A DNA stretch of 64,000 bases from Octopus vulgaris (Eukaryota). Below are positions 24,719 to 37,412 of this stretch, in pieces. The notes under the pieces are model-generated. The model saw nothing but the letters and a program-made list of their open reading frames with translations. It ran no database searches and was not told where the DNA came from. How positions within the stretch are numbered: position 1 is the stretch's first letter; each line of letters starts with the position of its first letter. A program made the translations under genes and the position numbers. The stretch covers positions 44,268,001 to 44,332,000 of the forward strand of contig OX597815.1 in the NCBI GenBank assembly GCA_951406725.2, in the 5' to 3' direction.

Positions 24719-24780
24719 GTAGATGTAGGTACGTACATATATGTATGTATGCATATATTTTATTTATTAAATTATATATA
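23685..24780 (+). mobile_element. Penelope-like/retrozyme-like element with about 265-bp terminal direct repeats
   Basis: 23685-23950 repeats at 24521-24780 (period about 835 bp). Non-coding, with a hammerhead-like motif at the junction. Confidence 0.75.
24462..24523 (+). ncRNA. Reverse-order hammerhead-like ribozyme motif (GUU site), intact core
   Basis: CGUGU-U-CUGUCCUU / CUUC-GAAA-CACG / AGGGACAG-CUGAUGA-A-GGGG. Stem III 5 bp, stem I 8 bp, stem II 4 bp. Confidence 0.72.
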
Positions 24781-26203
24781 TATATATATATATTAAAATA
24801 ACATTTTCTTCATCACCCATTTATTCTATTCTCATAAAACGTTCATCCTTTTCTGAAAAACATTGCACTGGTGTGTGACCTGAGTGAGATTTGGTTGTTC
24901 TTTCTAGCAAGTCAAGCAACCCCATAAAAGCACCCTCGTCAGTTCGTACAATAATCAATATATAATTCATTCTAACGTTGGCACAAGGATAGCAGTATGA
25001 AGCGAATTAGCAAGTTGGTTACATCAATCCCAGTACTTGACTGGTACTTTATTTTATTGCACCCAAAAAGATGAAAGGCAAAGTTGACCTCAGCGGGATT
25101 TGAACCCGGAACGTAAAGAGCATGGACTTATGACACTAAGCATTCCGTCAGGCGTGGTAACGATTCTCCTTGCTCGCCGCGTAAAATAATCAATTTATAA
25201 TAGAGGTCACGTACGATCGATGTATGCATTACCATCATGAGATATAATGTCAAAGCTCTCACTCTCTCAAAATAAAAAAAAAGAGTAAGAAACGAAAAAA
25301 TGACAGGTCTTGGCACACCCTTATTTACGGAAGATGCGTGTAGTTTGGAGACATAGTCAACAAGACAAACACATGCCTTTAAAGCGATAAATAAACGAAT
25401 ACACAAACTAACAAGCCAACTGACACACACACACATACAGTTATTGAGACAAACAGAGTGAATCATGCGATAAGAATACGTATGGTTAAAGAGCAACAAA
25501 ATGGCTGATTATAAGAGGTCTAGCGAAGGCTGAAATGAATTGACGTCAGCAATTTTTTGGAAGACCAAGTTTCATTATTTACATATTTGTTTGTTTGTTT
25601 ATTTTAGAATCACCACCTTTATTAAACAAGTTGTTTTTCTCAATTTTTTTTCCATTTTTTTTTATTTATCTCATTCTTCACATTTTTCTTCACTCCACCC
25701 ACATAGATTGTTTTCGTTCCCCACTTCTTTCTCCAGATTCAGTTCCCCTTCTACTATTTCATTTATCTCATACTACACCCCCTCGTACATATATTCGCCC
25801 TCACTATGCTTTCCCCCTTCTCTTTTTTTTTATACAATTCCATCTTTTTTTTTCTTTTCACTCTTATACTTGCTTCTTTTTTTTTCTTTTCACTCTTATA
25901 CTTGCTTCTCAACCAGGTCCATATATGATTCTACGGTTAAAATATGTGTAATACATTATTTATATTTCTATAATAGACTGCGAGTAGGTAGCAATGTGAG
26001 GACATTGGAAAAAAATTCTTTAGGTGTAGCTATGCTTGCTTCCCAACCAAATGGTTCTGTATCACTGAGTGGAACCTCGGGCAAGTTTCTTCTACTATAG
26101 CCGACCAAGCTTTGTCGGTGGATCTTGATAGACGGAAATTGAAAGACACTCGTCGTATGTATGTATGTATGTATGTATGTATGTATGTATGTATGTATGT
26201 ATG

Positions 26204-26259
<56 letters not shown>

Positions 26260-26264
<5 letters not shown>

Positions 26265-26665
26265 GGAGCGAAGGCGGGAGAGATATGCAGTGATATACAT
26301 CTGGAAAATCCTGCATGGTGCCAAAAATCCCAACATTACCATCAAAAGGCAGGACCAGATACTGCAACAGCTTGGGTTTCAGGGAACCTCAGCTCTTCAA
26401 TATCCTTCCTAAAAGCCTGAGAGACCTGCATGGTGTGGATGTGGGTTTCTTTAAAACTAAACAGGATCTCTTCTTGTCAGGGGTTCCAAATGAACCTACC
26501 TCTCGGCAGGAAACACAAATGCGGGCAGCGGCGTCGAACTCCCTTGTTGACCAAGTGCCATGTATCAGAGGTGGGTTTCATATACTAGCGTAGCACATTT
26601 AACGGTGGTGCCCCACCATGGCCGCAAATTTTGGGCCTGAAACATTTTTAAGGATTTAAGGATTT
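26260..26665 (+). mobile_element. CR1-group LINE 3' end (internally deleted) inserted into the microsatellite of a SINE A
   Basis: [49 protein letters not shown], with a (TTTAAGGA) tail. SINE A head at 26020-26160 and tail at 26700-26860. Confidence 0.88.
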
Positions 26666-27244
26666 ATAGGCACACACACATGTTTGTACGTACATGTGTA
26701 TATGTGTGTGTGTGTCTTTGTGTCTGTGTTTTTCCACCCACCACCGATAAAAAAACGTTTTAAAAAATAAGTCCTAGGATTGATTTGTTCGACTAAAAGA
26801 CTTCAAGGTGGTACTCCAACATGGTCGCAGTGAAATGACTGAAAAAGTAAAAGAAAGAAAATGCACAAAATATTTTAAAAAATTTTATACAAATCCTAAT
26901 GATATTTAATTATAAAAATACAGTAAGATCTTTTTATTATATACATCGAATGGCTATGGAGGTCCAGTAGAGTAAAATAACACTCAAAGAAGTCCAGAGG
27001 CAAAAAATGATTGTGAAGCACTGTAGTAAACTAAGAAATCGTCGCCTTCTTCGTTGTCATTATAATCTTAACTGCTTATCATGAGTACGTTCTTTACAGG
27101 TATACACACGCATATATATACATATATATATATAGATTATGCTTTACTTGTTTCAGCCATTAGACTGCAGTCGTGGTGTGGTACCACTAGGATGTCTTGG
27201 ACATTGACTGATGAAGAATCAGCTGCGAATTTTCCGGTAATTAG

Positions 27245-27540
27245 GTTTTTCTCTACGGAGAGCTTGCTAGGGGTACTAGGTCTGTGGGTAGACCGATCTT
27301 ACGTTACAAGGATGTTTGCAAAAGGGACATGAAGGCCTGCAACATCAATATTAGCGGTTAGGAGGCAGTTGCCGGCAACCGTGGAGAATGGCGACGTACC
27401 GTAAAAGAGGGAATACAAAGGAGTGACAGAGAGAGAGAGAGGAGAAATGGAAAGAAAAGAAGAGACGTCAACAAGAAACTATGGCATTACAACCAGCCAG
27501 GAACAGTCTTCGCTACATTTGCGGTACCTGCCAGAGGGAG
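27245..27540 (+). mobile_element. RTE LINE 3' fragment
   Basis: LYGELARGTRSVGRPILRYKDVCKRDMKACNI..W(*)E..A..R..WR motifs. Confidence 0.88.
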
Positions 27541-27549
27541 TGTTTGTCC

Positions 27550-28440
27550 AGGATAGAGTGGAAGGGAGGATTCCACGATGTGGGTGAGTATGGGTGAGGA
27601 TGGGGGGGGGTGTCGTCCTTCACCACGCGTGTCCTCTTCCTCCTCTTCCTGCTCCTCTTCTCCACCATTTCCCAGCTTGTATTCGATTCTTCCTCCTCAA
27701 TGCTGGTACCTGTCTTCCTGCCACACCTCTTTCGTCTTTCTTCTCGGTCAGTAGAGCATCAACCACTTTTTCGTTCTGTCATTCCTTATCCTTTTCTTGT
27801 AGTGTCCTCCACCACTAGAAAAAGACAAGGAGAGACGGAAGGAAAACGTGGTTGGTGCTACACTGCCTGTGGAGGGAGAAGTGAGGTGGAACCACAGAAG
27901 ACAGGCACCAGCGTCGAGGAGGAGGAAGAAGCGAATACGAACTGGGAAATGGTGGAGTTAAAATGTGCAGGAAAAGGAGGAAGAGGACACTCGTGGCAAA
28001 GGATGACTCCCAACCCATACCCACTCGGCCCTTACCCACACCCACTCTATCCCAACCAATCCCTACAGACACCAGCACTCTCCATGCCGCACCCGACACA
28101 AAGACAAACATAAGCACAGAGGAGCCACAAATCCTACCCCCACCCTTGCCCTGGGAGATAAAATGCATTGTGTTGTACAATGGACGAAACAAGGAACTGT
28201 GCAAGGAAATAGAGACATGGGATACGGTAATTAAAGTGGATACGACAGGATTGGGGGGAGTTGATGGAACACATGCGATGTGCGGTGGTGGACCCGAAGT
28301 ACCTGGCGAGAATGAGGAAGTATGTGGAAGATTTTAAGTGGTGGGAAAAGAGAATAAATACAAGTACTATGCCAGAACAGGTGAGTTATTTTGACATTCT
28401 CAAAAAATATAAAATAGATATGTTGAATAAAAAAAAGAGG
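27550..28440. mobile_element. Two diverged inverted copies of a coding-like segment, probably a retrotransposon ORF1 remnant
   Basis: 27550-27735 (minus) reads EEEESNTSWEMVEKRSRKRRKRTRVVKDD. 27875-28052 (plus) reads EEEEANTNWEMVE/RKRRKRTLVAKDD with a frameshift. Confidence 0.45.
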
Positions 28441-28627
28441 TAAATTGGTGTTATAAATGGTAATGAAAAAGATGCATAAACATGGTACTACAAATGGTAC
28501 TACAAACGGTGTAGTAACAGGTTCAATGAAGTCATTCGGAATTGGGGCCCAGCGACTCCATTTCATCTGTCATTATATAATTTCATTCATTCAATTCGTT
28601 TTATTATTCTTTTGTCCCGATCTTGTG

Positions 28628-28672
<45 letters not shown>

Positions 28673-28673
28673 T

Positions 28674-28730
<57 letters not shown>

Positions 28731-28899
28731 TTATTACCAGTGGCCTAGCACAAAAGACGAATTAGTCATTAGACTATATATTTTTCGTATAGAAATATAA
28801 TAAAAGGCTTCCAAATAAGGAAGCGTAGTGCTAGAAACACAAAAAGGGATAAATTCATGAAAGGAATGAAAATTAAAAACATATACCATCTCAGCTATA

Positions 28900-28975
28900 T
28901 CCCGGACCGAACGGTTTCTACCTATTTTTAGCAAACACACAGAATATATTTGCCAGGCCAGGTTCTTCAGTGGGA
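28900..28975 (-). ncRNA. Type I hammerhead ribozyme, left-arm copy
   Basis: Reverse complement of 29231-29306. Confidence 0.75.
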
Positions 28976-29230
28976 AGCCTTCGTAATCCTAGACGCACAG
29001 ACTGTTAGAAGCACATGTAGATCTAACGGTTTGTATATCCGAACTTTTATTACCCTATTTGATTATGTTTAAATATTGCTTGATAAATTTGTTCGTAAAT
29101 TTTTTTACCGGCATCCTCTCTGTCGCCGGGTATGATTTGCGTCTGCGCAGAGGTTTGAAAAGTTAGGATATACAAACCGTTAGATCTACATGTGCTTCTA
29201 ACAGTCTGTGCGTCTAGGATTACAAAGGCT

Positions 29231-29306
29231 TCCCACTGAAGAACCTGGCCTGGCAAATATATTCTGTGTGTTTGCTAAAAATAGGTAGAAACCGTTCGGT
29301 CCGGGA
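29231..29306 (+). ncRNA. Type I hammerhead ribozyme with extended stem II
   Basis: UCCCA-CUGAAGA-ACCU..UGGCAAAUAUA[UUCUG]UGUGUUUGCUA..AGGU-A-GAAACC[GUUC]GGUC-CGGGA. Predicted cleavage after 29301. Confidence 0.75.
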
Positions 29307-29424
29307 TATAGCTGAGATGGTATATGTTTTTAATTTTCATTCCTTTCATGAATTTATCCCTTTTGTGTTTCTAGCACTACGCTTCCTTATTTGGAAGCCT
29401 TTTATTATATATTATAATACATAT

Positions 29425-29590
29425 ATAGGGAGAATTCACGAAAAAAAAACCAAAAGACGAAGACAAGTGGTGTAGAATACAAACAGATGTATTAGTATAA
29501 CGCTCGAGAATTGAAAGAGTTTTTAACGTTTCGAGCCTACGCTCTTCCACAGAAAGGAACACAGAAAGAAACAAGGAGAGAAAAAAATGT
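29425..29590 (-). mobile_element. Penelope-like family P2 fragment with minimal hammerhead (29521-29556)
   Basis: CUUU-CUGUGGA-A-GAGC[GUAG]GCUC-GAAACGU-U-AAAA; homologous to 1590-1758. Confidence 0.65.
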
Positions 29591-30074
29591 AACATTTGTG
29601 TGTGCATGTATACATATCAGCAGGTGTCTGTCTGTCTGTCTGTATGTATGTGTGTGTGTATGTGCACATACACATACACTTATACGCGCGCATATTTGTG
29701 TATAGATATATAGACGGCAGACTTCTTTCAGTTTCCGTTTACCAAATCCACTGCTCGGCCCGATGAATGGATTTCTTAAACAGTAGAAAACACTTGCCCA
29801 AGGTGACGCGCAGTGGAACTGAACACGGGGCCATGTGGTTGGAGAGCAAGCGTCTTACCACATAGCCACGGTGTGTGTGAGAGTGTGTGTGTATGTGAGT
29901 GTACGCACGCGTGTGTAAAGATCATATGAATATGTTGTCCCTTTATATATACCCATACTATAAATAGTGTTTCAGGATTCTCTTTCTTTTCCCTTGTTTT
30001 CTCTCAGAGATTTTCTCCAAAGCTAATTTATATGTCCATCCACCCAGTTAATGACACAAATGCATATGTACATT

Positions 30075-30117
<43 letters not shown>

Positions 30118-30392
30118 CTTTATTGGCCACAGGGGGCTAAACATTGAGGGGACAAACAAGGACAGACAAAGAAATTAAGTCGATTACATCGACCCCAGTG
30201 CGTAACTGGTACTTATATAGGCGTAGGAGTGGCTGTGTGGTCAGTAGGTAGCTTACGAACCACATGGTTCCAGGTTGAGTCCCACTGCGTGGCACCTTGG
30301 GCAAGTTTCTTCAACTATAGCCTCGGGCCGACCAAAGCGTTGTGAGTGGATTTGGTAGACGGAAACTGAATGAAGTCCGTCGTATATATGTA

Positions 30393-30437
<45 letters not shown>

Positions 30438-30440
<3 letters not shown>

Positions 30441-30578
30441 AGATTAATCAGCCGAAATTACTACGATGATCCGGTTCTTGACTGAAGACTGAGGGCTTCG
30501 AATGTCCTGTCTGTGTTTGTTGTATCGTCTTCCTAGTTTTTATGCGTTCTTGTCTCAGTTTGTATTTTTCTACATATC

Positions 30579-30580
<2 letters not shown>
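30438..30580 (+). mobile_element. Family P1-related fragment starting at the predicted ribozyme cleavage site
   Basis: UCAAGA..UCAGCC-GAAAUUAC..UCUUGA-CUGAAGA-CUGA, set between (TA)n tracts. Shorter sister copy at 33765-33880 (minus). Confidence 0.6.
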
Positions 30581-30629
<49 letters not shown>

Positions 30630-30692
30630 ATAAAACGGTAAGATAACAAAAGAAAGAAAGAGACCTCAATATTATGTAAATAGAGGAAATTT

Positions 30693-30942
30693 ATCTATAC
30701 AATATGTTACATTACTCGGTAGTCAAGATAAAACTCTGAGTTTCAGATGCCGAAGTGGAAATCCACAACCATTCTCTTCGGTTATCTGGCTATTTGAAAA
30801 CGTTATGAAAAAAAGGGTATTTTTTTCATAACGTTTTCAAATACCCAGATAACCGAAGAGATGGTGTTGTGGATTTCCACTTCGGCATCTGAAACTCAGA
30901 GTTTTATCTTGACTACCGAGTAATGTAACATATTGTATAGAT
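30693..30942. repeat. Near-perfect 250-bp palindrome with a 5-nt loop
   Basis: Arms 30693-30814 and 30820-30942; loop gggta. Confidence 0.92.
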
Positions 30943-30963
30943 ATATATATATATATATATATA

Positions 30964-31002
<39 letters not shown>

Positions 31003-31363
31003 GTGTGTGTAAGGCTGTGCTCCAACATGGCCACAGTCAAATGAAACAAGTAAAAGAGTAAAAAAGTAAAAGTATATATATGTGTGTGTGTGTGTGTATA
31101 CATACATATTTACATACATACATTGAAGTATGTGTGTGTGTGTTTGGTCATTCCTGTCGTTTTGTTATGTTCGTTCTTTATTGTTGGGGTGAGTGAAACA
31201 AACACTCCGCCATCTTTCCATCTATCTCCATCCTATGTCATGTTTTCGCATCTGATCCTGTCAACACCATTCTATGACATATGTTATTTCTATTGACACA
31301 GATGGTGAACATTTGTGCATGATGAGGCATCTCTAACAAATAGAGGTTTGTATATCTACGGCT

Positions 31364-31687
31364 GTGGAGGCACAATGACCCAGTGGTTAGGGCAGCGGAC
31401 TCGAGGTCGGAGGATCGCGGTTTCGATTCCCAGACCGGGCGTTGTGTGTGTTTATTGAGCGAAAATACCAAAAGATCCACGGGGCTCCGGCAGCGGGTGG
31501 TGGTGCCCCCCTGTTGTACTCTTCCGCCCCAACTTTCTCTCACTCTTTCTTCCTGTTTCTTGATTAGCGCTGCGATGGACTGGCGTCCCGTCCAGCTGGG
31601 GGTGCGGGGGATGACATACGCAACAGAAACCGGGAAACCGGGCCCATGAACCTGACTAGGCTTGAAAAGGGCGCATAATAATAAAAA
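31364..31687 (+). mobile_element. SINE family C, tail type 2
   Basis: tRNA-Arg-like head and (ATA)n end. TSD atatctac(g/a)gct at 31352-31363 and 31688-31699. Confidence 0.9.
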
Positions 31688-32319
31688 ATATCTACAGCTA
31701 TTTATATGAGCTTGTGGGTATGTTAGTATGTGAGAAAGCGTGTAGATGTATGTATGTGTGTATGCATGTATGTATGTATGTATGTATGTATGTATGTATG
31801 TATGTATGTATGTATGTATGTATGTATGTATATGATACATACGCACATGCATCATCCATTCAACAGACAGACGGATGGACGAACAGACTGATAGACAGAC
31901 ATAGTTGCTTGTTTCAATCATTAGACTGCGACCACACTGGAATCCCGCATTGAACGGTTTTTAGTCGAACGAATTGAACCTAGTTCTTTTATTTTGAAGC
32001 CTTGTATTTATTCTCTCGCTCTCGTTTCGACGAACTGTTAAGCTACGGGAACGTTAACAAATCAGCAGCTGCGCGCATACACACACAGACTAATAGATAG
32101 ACACACACACACACACACATTTCCGTTTACGAAATCCACTCACAAGGCTTTGATCGGTCCGGAACTATAACAAAGAGCACCTCTGCCAAAGGTGTCACGC
32201 AGTGGGACGGGAAAGTGGCTGGAAAGCAAGTTTCTTATCACACAGACACGCCAGCAATAATTATATGGATCTGTATGTATGTATATATATATATATATAT
32301 TTTCTTCTTTCTTTTTTCT

Positions 32320-33145
<826 letters not shown>

Positions 33146-33276
33146 GTATATGTGTGTGTGTGCGCGCGCGCGCGTGAATGGGTGTGTGTGTATCTTTAGT
33201 TAGATATTGATATAGATAGATACACATATATACATATATATGTATATATATGTATATATATGTATATATATATATG

Positions 33277-33320
<44 letters not shown>

Positions 33321-33881
33321 CAAACACATATATACAAATATGCATATATACATATATATGTGTATGTATGTATTCATATGCACTCACACACACACATGGA
33401 ATGAGGAATAAATAAATAAATATATAAATAATTCAATAAATAAATAAATAAATGTATAAATAAATAAGAAAGAACTGAGAGATAGACACACAGAAATGAC
33501 CGAATGGCGGGCAGAGATATGTTAGGAAACAACACCTGCAAAGAGCTGCGTGCTCGAGAAGCATGAACCGTGAGAGCCACTACACGGTCCCCAAGGTTAC
33601 TGATGACTCATAAGTTTACAAACGCATGAAGACACAAGCATTGACACACCTATCTCAGAGTATGTGTGTGCGTGTCTGAGAGAGAGAGAGAGAAAGAGAC
33701 TCTGTGTGTGTGTGTGTGTGTGTGTATACGTGTGTTGGGGGTGTATATATATATATATATATATTAAGGTATGTAGAAAAATACAACATGGACAAGAACG
33801 TATAACTCTTAGAAGACGATACAATAAACACGGACAGGACATTCGAAACCCTCAGTCTTCAGTCAAGAACCGGATCGTGTG

Positions 33882-33948
<67 letters not shown>

Positions 33949-33987
33949 GTGTGTCTGTGTCTGTGTGTGTATGTGGGGTGTGTGTAG

Positions 33988-34450
33988 GGTCGGCGAACTG
34001 GCAGAAACGTTTGCACGCCGGGCGAAATGCTGAGTGGTATTTCGTCTGCCGTTACGTTCTGAGTTCAAATTCCGCCGAGGTCGACTTTGCCTTTCATCCT
34101 GTCGGGGTCGATTAAATAAGTACCAGTTACGCACTGGGGTCGATGTAATCGACTTAATCCTTGTTTTTCCTCTCTGTCCTTGTTTTTCCTCTCTGTCCTT
34201 GTTTTTCCTCTCTGTCCTTGTTTTTCCTCTCTGTGTGTAGCCTCTTGTGGGTGGTAAAGAAATAGGTATTTCGTCTGCCGCTACGTTCTGAGTTCAAATT
34301 CCGCTGAGTTCGACTTTGCCTTTCATCCTTTCGGGGTCGATTAAATTAGTACCAGTTTCGCACTGGAGTCTATATAATCGACTTAATCTCTTTGTCTGTC
34401 CTTGTTAGTCCCCTATATGTGTAGTCCACTGCGGGGAATAAAGAAATATA
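33988..34450 (+). mobile_element. SINE family B dimer with an internal 19-bp x4 expansion
   Basis: Full unit plus 5'-truncated unit; (tccttgtttttcctctctg)4 at 34158-34233. Confidence 0.9.
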
Positions 34451-34595
34451 TATACATACATACATTTTATATATTGGGATACTGACAACCCCGGCAGAAC
34501 ACACACACACACACAGATTTCTTCGACTAAAGGAAAAACCCTTTAAGACGGTGCTCCAGCATGTCCGCAGTAAAATGACTGAGACAAAAGAATAT

Positions 34596-34628
<33 letters not shown>

Positions 34629-34746
34629 CGAATTTATTTAAACAACTAGTCGTACTGACGCAGACCAACACCGGTCTGTTTCAGGGACTGATTGTACACA
34701 CATATATGTATATATGTGAATGTGTGTGTGTATATGTGTGTGTATG

Positions 34747-34808
<62 letters not shown>

Positions 34809-34817
34809 CATGAATAC

Positions 34818-34918
<101 letters not shown>

Positions 34919-35106
34919 CATACATACATACATACTAATGCCCATTTTCTCCCCGTTTGGGATCTATATACCCTAATATTAGACTATTTTCTGTAGTCAA
35001 TATACTGTGAAGTCATTATTATATTTACAAAATGTTCACTCTTCACTGCTTCTTAATTTACGCAAAATACGCACGTTTATTACACACATACAGCTACGAA
35101 ATCATA

Positions 35107-35156
<50 letters not shown>

Positions 35157-35491
35157 TTTTTCTTTCTCTCACACAAACACACACACACACTTTGTCTACC
35201 TCTCCTCTTTCTCTCTCTCTCTCTCACTGCATATATATGTATATATATATATAGGGGTTTGTATGATTGTGTATAGAGGAATATGTATTATTCAAAGGAA
35301 TTCCAACTCTGTTTTTATGTTTTATTTATATTCTTTATAATATTAATGTAGAATATAGAATACATAGTATAAACTGAATAGAAGAAATATTGAATATCAA
35401 ATATTAAGGGACTAGTATACTTTATTGCATTTAAGCAGTCTTCAAGGTCCCAGGTTGTGACAGGAATATTTCAACTGCCTATATATATATT

Positions 35492-35551
35492 AGGATCTGA
35501 AAAAGACTGTAAAGCTAAACGGTTTATGGACGTGAAACCTAGGGTAACCCC
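35492..35551 (+). ncRNA. Degenerate type I hammerhead remnant
   Basis: CUGAAAA (G8 to A), decayed long stem II, GAAACC[UAG]GGUA-ACCCC. Confidence 0.4.
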
Positions 35552-35746
35552 TTAGACAGGCCATATCAGTTTTAATTTATATACTCTACCGTTAAAAGCA
35601 TATGCTTATAAACTTTATATATAACACACGATACATAAGGTACCATATCCATAATTTATATCATCTGAAGACGTTTATGAACACATAACGTGTATAAAAT
35701 ACATTTTATCTTTCCAAAATGCTTACTACTATCCATCTATTTATTC

Positions 35747-35799
<53 letters not shown>

Positions 35800-36599
35800 A
35801 TCTGTCTATCTTACACACACACAAACATGACTATAATACATTCACACAGACACACAATTTATACACAGCATGCCTATAAAAAAACTTACATATTCATTAC
35901 ATCAATCTATAAAACTTAATACATAACTCATACTATTCAACATTAAAACTCTAGGCCCACTTTAAAACCACCCACTACAGTATCAAGGCCATGTGCTTTT
36001 CAAAACCGCATGTATTATTTTTCCCGCTTAATTTTTAAATACAAACCATGCGCTTTATACCATCCCTTATCACCACAGCGACCACCACCACCACCACCAC
36101 TACCACTACTACTATTACTGTGCTGGACTAGTTCAACCACTGCATGCTTAGACTGCCGCTACTACTGTCACTATTCATTTCCTCCCTTCTTCCTTCCTCG
36201 TCTTGTGTTTTTTACTACTGCTACTACTATGCTGATATTTTTTCTCAAGGTTGGCGGGAAAAGGAAAGGATATAGTTTCTAATGAGGTCACTGGTTATGA
36301 CATATGAAGGAATGTGACGAGTATTTCCTAAAGTTAGATCATTGGACAGTTCCAATACAGGATATAGAGACATGTGACTTACAATAAATATGGTTCCTCA
36401 TTATATCATTATTATTATTATTATTATTAAGGTTTAGTCATCTACCACTTTTCGTGTGTGTGTTGACTTAACTATAGAAATACATCTATTTACTTACTTA
36501 ACAATATAAATATCTATGTAACTATCAAACTATTCATATAAATCTTTCTAGTTTCCTATCTTCCTAAGCATTTTTCACCTCAACCTCTCTCTCTTTCTC

Positions 36600-36630
<31 letters not shown>

Positions 36631-36717
36631 TGCTATTTATCTATCTACCTATCTCCCTTTCTTTTCTGTATCACTCTGTCTATGTGAGTGTGTGCGCGTG
36701 TTCTCTTTCTCTTTCCT

Positions 36718-37090
36718 CTTTTACTTGTTTCAGTCATTTGACTGCGGCTATGCTGGAGCACCGCCTTTAGTCGAGCAAATCGACCCCAGGACTTATTCTT
36801 TGTAAGCCTAGTACTTATTCTATCGGTCCCTTTTGCCGAACCGCTAAGTTACGGGGACGTAGACACACCAGCATCGGTTGTCAAGCGATGTTGGGGGGAC
36901 GAACACAGAGACACAAACACACACACACATATATATACATATACATATGTTAACCAAATCCACTAACAAGGCTTTCGTCGGCCTGATTCTATAGTAGAAG
37001 ACACTAGCCCAAGGTGCCACGAGGTGGGACTCAACCCAGAACCATGTGATTGGTAAGCAAGCTACTTACCACACGGCCACTCCTGCGCCT
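36718..37090 (-). mobile_element. SINE family A, near full length
   Basis: Reverse complement match to the reference copy. Confidence 0.9.
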
Positions 37091-37095
37091 GTGTG

Positions 37096-37171
<76 letters not shown>

Positions 37172-37337
37172 GAGAAGCCTGTATATATATTTGTACACAT
37201 ATAGGCTCAGCATGGCTGTGTGGTTAAGGGGCCTGCTTTGTAACCACATGGAATCGAAACCGCAATCCTACGACCGCTGGGCCATTGCGCCTCCATATAT
37301 ATATATATATATATAATTATTATTATTATTACTACTA

Positions 37338-37412
<75 letters not shown>

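Larger units (their letters stand above)
28795..29410. mobile_element. Young foldback Penelope-like repeat with about 254-bp inverted arms
   Basis: Arms 28795-29048 and 29158-29410 differ at about 3 positions; each carries a type I hammerhead. Confidence 0.85.

Noticed and set aside
27200-27240. CUGAUGA...GAAU motif
   Set aside because: No convincing stems I-III in either strand order.
31364-31440. tRNA-like sequences here and at 38095, 10895-10969 and 20665
   Set aside because: They continue directly into SINE bodies (with TSDs for the family C copies) and lack a proper acceptor stem and terminator, so they are SINE heads rather than tRNA genes.
33480-33640. CUGAUGA at about 33600 in a unique island
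   Set aside because: No GAAA and NUH strands with matching helices, upstream or downstream.
34158-34233. 19-bp repeat x4 resembling an array
   Set aside because: No spacers; slippage expansion of the SINE B tail. Not CRISPR, and the context is eukaryotic.
34647-34690. Hairpin ctgacg-cagacc-aacacc-ggtctg-tttcag
   Set aside because: Single short hairpin with no complete ribozyme core and no second copy.
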